From assembly GCA_000002445.1 (NCBI GenBank), contig CH464491.1, positions 3,040,001 to 3,104,000 of the forward strand: a stretch of 64,000 nucleotides of DNA, given 5' to 3'. This document shows positions 39,197 through 48,308 of the stretch, piece after piece. The notes below the pieces were generated by a model. The model did not search any database, was not told where the DNA came from, and was given only the letters and a program-made list of their open reading frames with translations. The first letter of the stretch is position 1. Every line of letters begins with the position of its first letter. A program made the position numbers and the translations under genes. The stretch comes from Trypanosoma brucei (Eukaryota).

Positions 39197-41065
39197 ATGA
39201 ATAGGTGCAATCCTATCTCTCTCATATCTGTGTTGCTTCTATGTTGCAACGCCTGCTTGGCGCAAACGAATTGGGTCAATTCCACTGAACTGCATTTTAA
39301 GCTCCCTCCAAAGGCTCTGCGTGTCACATCGCTTGCGGACTGGAATAACCAAAACCGAGTAGGTTTTATTGGAACATGGGAGGATCGCGCGTCCCTTGTG
39401 TGGTACTGCAGCAAAGAAGGTGGTGATGACCTTTATAGTGTTTGCTGGGAGTCAGCCGAGTTTAGTGAGCCAATTGTCAGCACCATTGTGGCAGATTTGA
39501 ATCGGGATGGCGTGCTGGACATTCTTGTTCAGGGAGAAGGTGGGTCGTTGTTTTTTATTGATGGTAATAACCGTAGTTTGACACCGGCTGCTATTGAGAC
39601 GGGCGGGCCACTTAACTATGATTCCACCATCCCTCAGATAAGCATTGTAAATGTGGATGGCACATGCGGTCTGTCCGATATTGCATTTGTGGACACAAAT
39701 GGTTCGCTCATTGTCCTGTCGGCTACAACGGAGACGTCTAAAGATGGGATGTGCAGAGGAGAGGGTCTACCTACATTCGAACCGGAAGAGTTTGTGACGG
39801 GGGAAAAGGGGGTACGGGAGGTAGTTCCACTTAGCATTATCTCAGATGACATCGACGGAGACTGCGTCGCTGACTTGCTTTACATGGTTCACACCATCTC
39901 GACAAATATAGTTGAGGTCTATGCTTTCTTCCCGCGAACCGCTAGACATGAACTTCTGCTGACTTTATCAGATGCAAATCGGTATGGGTTTCCAAGTACT
40001 GCGGACATCAATGGCGATGGGGCCCCCGATTTGATATTTCCCCTATGCCGTACGGAAGGTGAATTAAAGGTCTTTGGGAACTGTTCTGCCTTTAATGGTG
40101 TTGCGGTATTTCAAAACAACCTGCAGGGATCGACTTCTTGCAGAGGCAGCTCTTGTTGTACCGGGCATCCCTACGGCTTTCTAAAGGATCCCTCATCTAT
40201 ATTCTTGCTTCAAGACAACGCTAATTGTGGTATCGACGTAAGTGCGGACTTTCCATTGTTTATACCTAACTCAAGAGAATCACCGTTGATCCTTCGGGCC
40301 GGTGATTGCGACCGAGATGGTTATGTGGACCTCCTGGTTCCCAGTACGCGCGGCCCGCTGTTGATTCAGAGTGCCGCGAACCCTAATGGGACGTTTCTTG
40401 GGTGTACTCCGGTGGACGATGCACTCACAGACCATTCAAAAAAACAGTCGTTACCATTTGGATCAGCAACGGCGTTCTTTGCCACGATCTCCGGTAAAGG
40501 TCAGCTCGATATTGTTTTAACCTATCACGGTAGTGAGGTTGTTCCACTGACCTTGTATGTTTCCCACACGCCATCACTGGAGCAAAACTACTTCCTTACT
40601 GGAAGTGCACTCAACGGAGTAGGAACTGGTGACCCATGGGGACTGTATCAACCCTCTGCGGTTCATCGCTTTGGATGGAATGATATTACCATGAAGAAGC
40701 GTTGGGCTTACGGGTCGCAGATGTCTCGAAGCCAAGGTCATGCGCTTCAGTCACCACAGTTGTTTTTCGGCTTAGGTCGCACCTTTTCATACGTCCAGGA
40801 ATACACGGTCGGCATTCTTTTTCGTAAGGACGCTCTATATCACCGCTGGTCAGCCAATCTCGTGCCAAATTCTCACGTGTTTACATGGATGCAACCACTG
40901 GCTTCTGCGGACCGGTGGCGCTTGCAGCTTTACTTAGCCTTCGCTACCTACAAGGAACTGCTATTAATCGTGCTGGGAACCGTCCTCGTGTCTGTCGGGT
41001 TGCTTATTGCGTTATTAAGGTGGAGGGAATTACGGCAAGATCAGCGGGAGCTGAAGCTGAGGTAG
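39197..41065 (+). CDS. ITFG1/TIP-like type I membrane protein with FG-GAP (integrin-alpha) repeats
   Basis: Signal peptide MNRCNPISLISVLLLCCNACLAQ. Four Ca-binding-type DxDxDG motifs (DLNRDGVLD, DIDGDCVAD, DINGDGAPD, DCDRDGYVD). Single C-terminal TM LLLIVLGTVLVSVGLLIALL. The track start at 39155 is TTG; the first ATG is 39197. Confidence 0.55.
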   Translation: MNRCNPISLISVLLLCCNACLAQTNWVNSTELHFKLPPKALRVTSLADWNNQNRVGFIGTWEDRASLVWYCSKEGGDDLYSVCWESAEFSEPIVSTIVADLNRDGVLDILVQGEGGSLFFIDGNNRSLTPAAIETGGPLNYDSTIPQISIVNVDGTCGLSDIAFVDTNGSLIVLSATTETSKDGMCRGEGLPTFEPEEFVTGEKGVREVVPLSIISDDIDGDCVADLLYMVHTISTNIVEVYAFFPRTARHELLLTLSDANRYGFPSTADINGDGAPDLIFPLCRTEGELKVFGNCSAFNGVAVFQNNLQGSTSCRGSSCCTGHPYGFLKDPSSIFLLQDNANCGIDVSADFPLFIPNSRESPLILRAGDCDRDGYVDLLVPSTRGPLLIQSAANPNGTFLGCTPVDDALTDHSKKQSLPFGSATAFFATISGKGQLDIVLTYHGSEVVPLTLYVSHTPSLEQNYFLTGSALNGVGTGDPWGLYQPSAVHRFGWNDITMKKRWAYGSQMSRSQGHALQSPQLFFGLGRTFSYVQEYTVGILFRKDALYHRWSANLVPNSHVFTWMQPLASADRWRLQLYLAFATYKELLLIVLGTVLVSVGLLIALLRWRELRQDQRELKLR

Positions 41066-41435
41066 CGAATTACGGGAGCATCATTCAGCTGTGGGGGCTG
41101 GTGTGAGGTATCGAAAGTTTTTAGTGAAAGCGCTGTGTGTCATTTGCTAAAAGAAAATACTTTAGTCAAAAAAAATATATACAATTCGTTATCGCGTTCG
41201 CGACGGTGGTGTGCTATGTCTCAAACGGAGAAGGAACACGCCTCAACGGGCTTTCACTCCTTCATACTACCTGTCTTCCTTCCATGCACTGCTACATGAA
41301 CATGTTGATGTGTTTGGGTTCGTCTATATCTTCTTTGAACGACTTTTAACAATAAAATAAAAAGTTTCCCCAAGAAGGATTGAGAAGGAAAGACCTCCTG
41401 CTTAGTAGCAGCACAAAGCAAAAGGAAGTAGACAA

Positions 41436-41609
41436 ATGGGTCACCTCCACCAATGGCGCTCCCGCCAAAAGATTGGCATGGGCAAAGGATCCCGCCACTG
41501 CGTCATTTGCTCCAACCAAAAGGCTCTCATCCGCAAGTATGAACTGAACGTCTGTCGTCAGTGCTTCCGTGAGAATGCCGAGAACATTGGTTTCGTCAAG
41601 CTGCGTTAA
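41436..41609 (+). CDS. RPS29: 40S ribosomal protein S29 (uS14)
   Basis: The 57-aa [60 protein letters not shown] has the RPS29 zinc-ribbon C-x2-C...C-x2-C and the conserved LIRKY.LN.CRQCFRE block. It is missing from the ORF track only because it is shorter than 60 aa. Confidence 0.85.
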   Translation: MGHLHQWRSRQKIGMGKGSRHCVICSNQKALIRKYELNVCRQCFRENAENIGFVKLR

Positions 41610-42067
41610 GATCGCTGACACGTCATCGAATGATGAGCGAAATGGAGGGACTGACGACTCCCGTGATTGGCTGTATGGAAGGCCCTTCTCTTTTTGTCTT
41701 TTCTTTCACTGATAGGGGTACGCAACTTACGTGCTTTTTTTCCTCTTTTTTCCTTTACCTCGTGAAGATGCGAGGGTAACTGTCCTTTCCACCACCCCAC
41801 TTATTTCTCCCTTGGCTTATCAACTGCATTCAGGGAATTTGTCGTACAACTAGTCGGGAATATTGCCTCCCTTCCCTTCCCTTCCCTTCCTTTTCTTTCT
41901 TTTTCTTTTCAAACCAGGGGGGTAGATTCGTGCAGTCCACTACAGGGTTTTCAGAACCGCCTGCAAGTGGAGGCACAGACATAACCTCTGGTACCAGTGG
42001 CGAAAAAGGCGGTGGCATCTGAAAGAAGAGGTGGAGGCCGCTACGTTGAGGGCGCAGGGTTACACTA

Positions 42068-42922
42068 ATGAAGTTTTCACGCGTTGCCATACCAGGGGTG
42101 AAGCATGTTATAACACTGTGTAGTGCGAAGGGGGGAGTGGGAAAGTCCACTTGTTCCGTTAATGTTGCACTTGCTTTGAAAAATATCGGGTTTAATGTTG
42201 GTGTAGTGGATGCAGACATCACGGGACCGTCCATTCCTACGATGATGGGCGTGGACTCGTCCCAAGTGGAAACTTACCGCGTGGCGGGGAGTGACCGATT
42301 TGCACCACCTACCAATTTTGGGGTGAAGGTTATGAGCATGGGTCTTATCGTTCCTCATGATGAAGCTATAGCTGTGCGAGGACCAATGGTGAATAAGTAT
42401 ATCCGGGCCTTACTGTTTCAAACAGACTGGGATGAGTTGGACTACCTGGTGATTGATATGCCCCCGGGAACGAACGATGTCCACCTCACAATTACACAAG
42501 AGGTGGTTTTGAGGGGTGCCGTTATCATTTCTACACCACAGAAGATTGCCCTAGTAGACGTCAGGCGTGGCATAGATATGTTTGCAGCAGTAAACACGCC
42601 TATAATTGGGATTGTGGAAAACATGAGTTACTTTAAGTGTACCCAATGCGAGACAAAGCATTATCTTTTCGGTACTGGTGGAGTCAAGGCGACGGCGGAG
42701 GAGCTTGGGGTTCCATACCTCGGTGAGGTGCCTTTCCAACAACGCATTATGTCAGACACAGACGAAGGATACCCGCCGGCACTAAGGGGGGACCGCTCTC
42801 TAGATGCTGCCCTCCCATTTTATGAGCTTGCCGAGCGTATTGACACTGCAGTAAATGCTCTGGTAGCTGGTAACGACGGGCGCAAGCAAACGGTAGAAAC
42901 ACCTACCATAACGTTTCAGTAA
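42068..42922 (+). CDS. Mrp/NBP35-family P-loop ATPase (Fe-S cluster carrier, Ind1/Cfd1-like)
   Basis: Deviant Walker A CSAKGGVGKST. Conserved DLDYLVIDMPPGT and the cluster-bridging CTQC motif in ENMSYFKCTQCETKHYLFG. It lacks the N-terminal ferredoxin-like Cys box of Nbp35 proper. Confidence 0.7.
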   Translation: MKFSRVAIPGVKHVITLCSAKGGVGKSTCSVNVALALKNIGFNVGVVDADITGPSIPTMMGVDSSQVETYRVAGSDRFAPPTNFGVKVMSMGLIVPHDEAIAVRGPMVNKYIRALLFQTDWDELDYLVIDMPPGTNDVHLTITQEVVLRGAVIISTPQKIALVDVRRGIDMFAAVNTPIIGIVENMSYFKCTQCETKHYLFGTGGVKATAEELGVPYLGEVPFQQRIMSDTDEGYPPALRGDRSLDAALPFYELAERIDTAVNALVAGNDGRKQTVETPTITFQ

Positions 42923-43281
42923 AAACGATAATCCGAAAAGGTGAGTCGTTCACACAAGCCGTAACGCAGTCTTTTCCCTACGACGGCAACTTACTTTGTT
43001 ATTATACCATTTTTCAATAAAATAAATCATTACCGATCCCTCTCTGCGTTTAAGCGCAACCCCACTCTTTCGAAATGCCCTTTGCACCGATCACTAAAAG
43101 CTCCACACGCGCATACATACATATTTTTTCTTCTTTCTCCTTCCCATTCCCTCCAATGTGTATTGCTGTAAGACTATTAACTACATCAAGGGCACAAACA
43201 TTTAAAAGAGTTGATAAACACAAAGTTCATACAAAAGGAATTAAACTGATCAGCTGAATTCTAAACCCCGGCATTATATCG

Positions 43282-44769
43282 ATGATGCGTCCACTCTCAC
43301 TTGTGTGGTGGGCTATCTTCGTACTCCTCGCTGCTACAGGCGCAAATTGCTCGTACGTGCTGGAGCTTGTCCAGGTGGTTCATCGTGGTGGAATCACCCC
43401 GCCGCCCGTCGGAACACCCGATCGCGAAAAACTATGCAGCCCCGACAGCGGGAGCAGTTGTGCCGCCATCGCAAATCATGGCGTGCAACAGCTTATCGAC
43501 ATGGGTGCCTACATTGAGAAACTTTACAAAAATGATGATGAAACAGAAGGGGCCAAAGCATGGTTGGGCTCCACATATGATTCGGCCGCTGTGTACACTC
43601 ATTCCTTTGCTGATCCCGCACTGGTGCAGGCTGCAACAGCTTTACTGAAGGGTATATACGCCGAGGAGCAGGGTAATATCACACCTGCAGTGATTTCAGC
43701 ACCTCCCGCGGATGATACGCTACTCAATGTTAATGCTCTCCCTTCGTTTGTCCTCGGGAACGAGGCAAAAGCGCAGCATTTCAATAAGACAATGGAAGAA
43801 GCTGTAGACGAGCAGTTCCCCGACAGCAGTGTTATTGGTACGATGGGGAGGGAGGTTGGGTTAAGCGAAGCGTGTTCGTCAGCCGACAACCGTGTTTGGT
43901 GCTGCCACCGTCTGCAGCAACTCGCAACGATGTACTCTGCAATGAAGGATGGTGGTAGTGGTGCGCCAACGGTGATGGAAAATGTGGGACGACTGGATGC
44001 TGTTGCAACTGTTCGCTCCCATACGCTTTACGGTTACTCTACTGAGGATGAACTGGCGAAAGCCCGTGGGAGCCTTGGACAACCATTGGCACAGGAACTT
44101 CTTTTGGGAATGCGTCGCAAGATGTTGCAAAAGGATGATGTCAATTACAACACTCACAAAGTAATGCAGTATGTTCACAACACTCCAATCCGTACTACTG
44201 TTGGGTACCAACCAACGGACCTAGTGCCAGTTGCTGAAACCTTTCTTATTGACCTTCTCCGTGACGACACTACGGAAGTGTACTTTGTACGCCTACGCCA
44301 CGCTGTTGTGAAAACGGAGCCCGCTGCCATGCCGTCAGCCGCTGACTTCCCGTTTCGATGTGTCAATGCTGCGGGGGATTCGAGTGGGGTAAAGTCAAAG
44401 GATGGCTTCATTTGCCCCTTCGATGACTTTGTGCGCTTCGTGGACAGCAGCAAGGGTACAGGTGCTGGCGGTGCCATTTGTCATTTAGACACCAGTACGG
44501 CAGATAATTTACAGTGTAGTGTAGTGGGTCCGCCCACATCACCACAGTGTGAGCGTTACCGGAGGCTGTGTCCACGCCTGGCATGCCCGGATGGCCACAT
44601 TTACGACGTGGTGAGTGGTATGTGCACATCTCTTTATGCGGATGAAGCGATTCTCACAGGTGGCGTTGTTGCGTCCCTCTGTATCGCTCTCTTATTCTCG
44701 GGGGTGATGCTCGGCATTATCATGGTTGAAATGTACCCGGTGATGTTTAAACAAAAGATGGCTGTCTAA
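43282..44769 (+). CDS. Membrane-bound histidine-acid-phosphatase-like protein with degenerate catalytic motifs (probable pseudo-phosphatase)
   Basis: Signal peptide, a large lumenal domain, and a C-terminal TM (GGVVASLCIALLFSGVMLGIIMV). The position expected for RHGxRxP reads VVHRGGITPP, and the distal HD-motif position reads YVHNTP. Confidence 0.4.
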   Translation: MMRPLSLVWWAIFVLLAATGANCSYVLELVQVVHRGGITPPPVGTPDREKLCSPDSGSSCAAIANHGVQQLIDMGAYIEKLYKNDDETEGAKAWLGSTYDSAAVYTHSFADPALVQAATALLKGIYAEEQGNITPAVISAPPADDTLLNVNALPSFVLGNEAKAQHFNKTMEEAVDEQFPDSSVIGTMGREVGLSEACSSADNRVWCCHRLQQLATMYSAMKDGGSGAPTVMENVGRLDAVATVRSHTLYGYSTEDELAKARGSLGQPLAQELLLGMRRKMLQKDDVNYNTHKVMQYVHNTPIRTTVGYQPTDLVPVAETFLIDLLRDDTTEVYFVRLRHAVVKTEPAAMPSAADFPFRCVNAAGDSSGVKSKDGFICPFDDFVRFVDSSKGTGAGGAICHLDTSTADNLQCSVVGPPTSPQCERYRRLCPRLACPDGHIYDVVSGMCTSLYADEAILTGGVVASLCIALLFSGVMLGIIMVEMYPVMFKQKMAV

Positions 44770-45409
44770 ATTTTTTACAGGTCGCTATGCACTGCGGTGG
44801 CCAGTATGCCGTGTTTGTATTTTTTTCCTTTTTTTTTCTCTGACATCATTGTTAAATATTCAATGTTTTGCCGAGATATGATGGCATGAATATTTATCAG
44901 TGATGTGCAGTTGTACAGGGGTCATAGGCACGGGGGGGTGGGGGAGAAGGACGGACATTGTCGTGAGTTGTGGATGGTGGAAGCGTTAAAAAGCGCCCTC
45001 CTCACGATAAACACGTAAATTGTTATTTATTTATTTAAATATCAGGTATTATATAATCGTTTATTTATTATTATTATTTTTTTGTGTTCGTGCGTTTGGT
45101 TTTTGAGGTTGTCGGCCCCTCAAACAGTAGTAGACTAGACCACGGAAGGGGAAGGGGTCTAAAAGAAATCCACTTAAATTTAGGAACTCTGTGGCAGTGC
45201 GTTTTATTTTTCATTTGTATGTAATTCTTTGTTTTTTAAATTTTTGTTACCTTCAAAGCTCAGGCTCTGCACACGTTGGAGTGTGTGTTGTACTGTTTAC
45301 TTTGCACATTGTGTTAAGGTTACGATAACAGAGGTAACAAGTGAAGCGGAGGATGAAATAGAGAATTAAATGAAGAATGACGGGGAGAGGAAGGGAGGAA
45401 CGAATTCGA

Positions 45410-45434
45410 ATATATATATATATATATATATATT
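45410..45434. repeat. (AT)12 microsatellite
   Basis: gaatatatatatatatatatatatattgat, intergenic. Confidence 0.85.
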
Positions 45435-45589
45435 GATATAGTGGCTGGCCATCCTATTTTGTCCGTAGCATGTTTTTTTCTTATCGTATTTGTTATTCAT
45501 ATTATTTGTTTTATCAGGAGGAAAGAAGTATTAAGGGGGAAATGAAAGATTTATTTCTTGGGGGCGAGGGGATCTTTTGTTCGCGGATC

Positions 45590-45603
45590 GGGGGGGGGGG
45601 GGG
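45590..45603 (+). other. G14 homopolymer tract
   Basis: gatcggggggggggggggtagacg. Shorter G8 (about 21860-21867) and G10 (about 31222-31231) runs occur elsewhere in spacers. Confidence 0.7.
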
Positions 45604-46424
45604 TAGACGACCAGCTGTTTTTTAAACATTTTTATCAGGTTGTTGTTGAGGAGGAACAAGGAAAGTATTTAACAGGCGTTGTGATGTTTGAAGCACGTGT
45701 ATCCAACGGTTCAAGCACAACTAAAGCCAAAAGCTCGTACAATCAAGTACGCAGTGGAGGGAAAACTGTTTCCTCTCTCTGTTCTATTAAGAATACTTAA
45801 CAATAAGAAATAAGCGAACCATGTGATGAATGTTACACTGCGGGACTTTTAAACTATGACCTCCACAATAGTGGCTGCGCTAATGCCCCTCACTGCCCCA
45901 CTGAACCGCAGCAACGTTACATGACACCTTCCATTGTCGCGGTCATGTGGTTCGTGGACACTGTTTGGTATTTCTTATTACTATCATTTTGTGTTCTTTA
46001 CTTTTTTGTGTGCGTGCTATTGTGTTTGCTTTTCGTACTTTTACTGTAAGCACCGGATGCACACGCGAGTTTTCCCTGTGGTGCAATTCCTTTTCCTCTG
46101 CTTCTTATCATCCTCGACGAGGCCACGCACTAACACACCTCAACCCACATTTTTTATTTTTTTTTTACGACAACTTCTACCTCCACCACATTCTCGCGCG
46201 CTGAGTGTGTGTATGGCTACCATGGAAAGGACAGAAGAAGGGAAACTTCTTTTTTTTTTTTTGTACTCTGCAGGTAGCTTTACAGCGGCTGCTCCTCTCA
46301 CACCTCCTTTAGTTCATCTAGTTGTCCATCAGCCCTCTGCACATACGCGGGGGTGCTAGCGGTGGCAAACAGTGAAGGCGAGTGCGACGGCTGCTCTAAC
46401 CAAGAGGAAACTCGTTCAATCTTT

Positions 46425-46448
46425 TGTTTGCTCTCTCTCTCTCTACTG
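46425..46448 (+). promoter_or_regulatory. (CT)n polypyrimidine tract directly upstream of ATG 46449
   Basis: tttgtttgctctctctctctctactg then atggattttggc. Confidence 0.35.
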
Positions 46449-47486
46449 ATGGATTTTGGCACGGATGTAGCAGCATTGCCAGCGCGCCGCACAAAACTTG
46501 TATTCCTCTACAGCAGCGATGACGAAGACGATGATAAGGGAACTGTGGCATCCACAGCAATGGGGACGCCTATGATGGGGGAAGTTTGTGGGGTTCTCCA
46601 TAATGGTAACGGGTGCAGTGGTTCAATTGCCGTTGAGGTGGAGGAAGAGGCATGCCTGAGGCCACCAGCGGAGGATCTCATGGTCATGCGTCAGGAAGCG
46701 GATGCGTTGAAGCAAAAGGAAGAAAAGGAGGACCCCGATTTCGTGGAGGATGTTGAGGGGGTTGCGGAGGTGCCGACGCGCCCCCGTGTGAAAGTTGTCG
46801 ATGCACCAGCCTTGTGGGAAACTGCGGCAGGGCTGCGGAATTATTTGCGTGCGGAGGAGGTTGGGACCCTCTCGAATTCACACAAACGTTTCCGCGAGGA
46901 GGAAAAAGACGAATTGAATGCGTGCGCTACCGGGGTGGAAAGGAGGCCTCGGCCACTGTTTGATGATGATGGACTTGTCCGAGCCGTGGCGGTAGATGGT
47001 TACACGCTCACAGTTGACGAAACTGAATTGCAACAAGTGTGTGGTTCTGAAGGGACGCGTGAGCGTTGTGCCGAAGACAGGGAACTCCATGATTATCTTG
47101 ACTGTGATGAGCGCTGTGAGCTGGGCGGTGAAGATGCGGATGAGGGGCGGGAAGAAGAGGAAGGTGAATACGGTGATGATGAGGAAGATGAAGATGACGA
47201 GGAGGAGGATGAGGAGCTAGACGCCGCGCTGGTTGTTGCCGTTGTCGAGCAGTTGGTTCGCTGCTGCGAAAGCGATGAACTTGACGAAGCCCTGCGTGGT
47301 GACGGAGATCAGTTCCTGGAGCGTGCGCGTCCACTGCTCCATCAAGTAAACTCCGGTGAAATGGAACCCTTGGCGTTTGGCGAGGAGGTAAGGAAGGACA
47401 TACTGAAGTTGCAGCGTGCATTTAGGCGTGTGAGCCGCCCTCGGGACGAGCCAGTTGTTATTGATGGAGTTGTGATGGACATCTGA
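46449..47486 (+). CDS. Hypothetical acidic protein (D/E-rich tracts)
   Basis: ATG immediately after a (CT)n polypyrimidine tract. Long acidic runs (SSDDEDDDKG; EEEEGEYGDDEEDEDDEEEDEELD). The track start at 46353 is GTG. Confidence 0.4.
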   Translation: MDFGTDVAALPARRTKLVFLYSSDDEDDDKGTVASTAMGTPMMGEVCGVLHNGNGCSGSIAVEVEEEACLRPPAEDLMVMRQEADALKQKEEKEDPDFVEDVEGVAEVPTRPRVKVVDAPALWETAAGLRNYLRAEEVGTLSNSHKRFREEEKDELNACATGVERRPRPLFDDDGLVRAVAVDGYTLTVDETELQQVCGSEGTRERCAEDRELHDYLDCDERCELGGEDADEGREEEEGEYGDDEEDEDDEEEDEELDAALVVAVVEQLVRCCESDELDEALRGDGDQFLERARPLLHQVNSGEMEPLAFGEEVRKDILKLQRAFRRVSRPRDEPVVIDGVVMDI

Positions 47487-48308
47487 AACCGAAGCAAGCC
47501 ATTCCGAGCTGGACGACCCCTGTGGAGACAAAGGAGGAAAATAAGAACCGTGTAAAGGCTTGGGCATGCGATTTAAGAATCACGTTGTTGGTGCTTGTGC
47601 CGCAAAGAACTGATTCCTCTACTGAACAGCATCTACTACACAATGCAGTGCACTGCACCTGTTAGTCCCTACACCCTTGTTAGTTTCTTTTCCATTTTTT
47701 TTTCCGCTCTTCTAGCTGTGTCCTCATTTCGGTTGTCAGCACCCTAGCTTTTCACACCGTAAGACCGGTGACCAGCAATACACGTATCTTTCTACCCAAC
47801 AAGTCGGACAGAGGTGGCGAGGAGGGAAAGCCATTGCTCTTTTGGGTACTCGAGAACATAAAGTTAACAGAAGGAAGCTGCCGACCACAACGATAAGGGA
47901 GTGTAAATGAACAAGGGGGACGCTGGGACCCGTGATGTGCGTCCCAAAGGCTGACAAGGGAAAGAGGCAATTGGAGAGGTGAGGGACGGTGGGGTGCCGT
48001 GTCACATTGGTGTTTTCGTAGGTTTGGTATGAAAAAATTATGTTTTACGCGTGAGTGTTGTGGGGGCGGCTCGTTTCCATACACCCGGAAGCTTTACCTC
48101 ACGCACAGTTAGGTCCAAATAGTTTCATCGTCGGAGCCAGCATACGTTTCTCTCCAAAAGTGGTGTGGTGCTTCACAACGGAGTTGTTGTGCACTTGTAA
48201 TTTCACCCTTATTTTTTGTCATTTCTTTGTTCTCTAGTTTTCAGGGAGAAGGTAACAGTTGGTAAACCTCCGACATAAGGGAGAGTAGCAAACAGGCAGC
48301 GAGGTTAT

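Noticed and set aside
45934-46359. 141-aa + strand ORF (MSRSCGSWTLFGISYYYHFVFF...)
   Set aside because: It lies in a T/C-rich spacer, and the Phe/Cys/Tyr-rich translation is what pyrimidine tracts give in any frame. It has no ATG context and reads as UTR or polypyrimidine tract.
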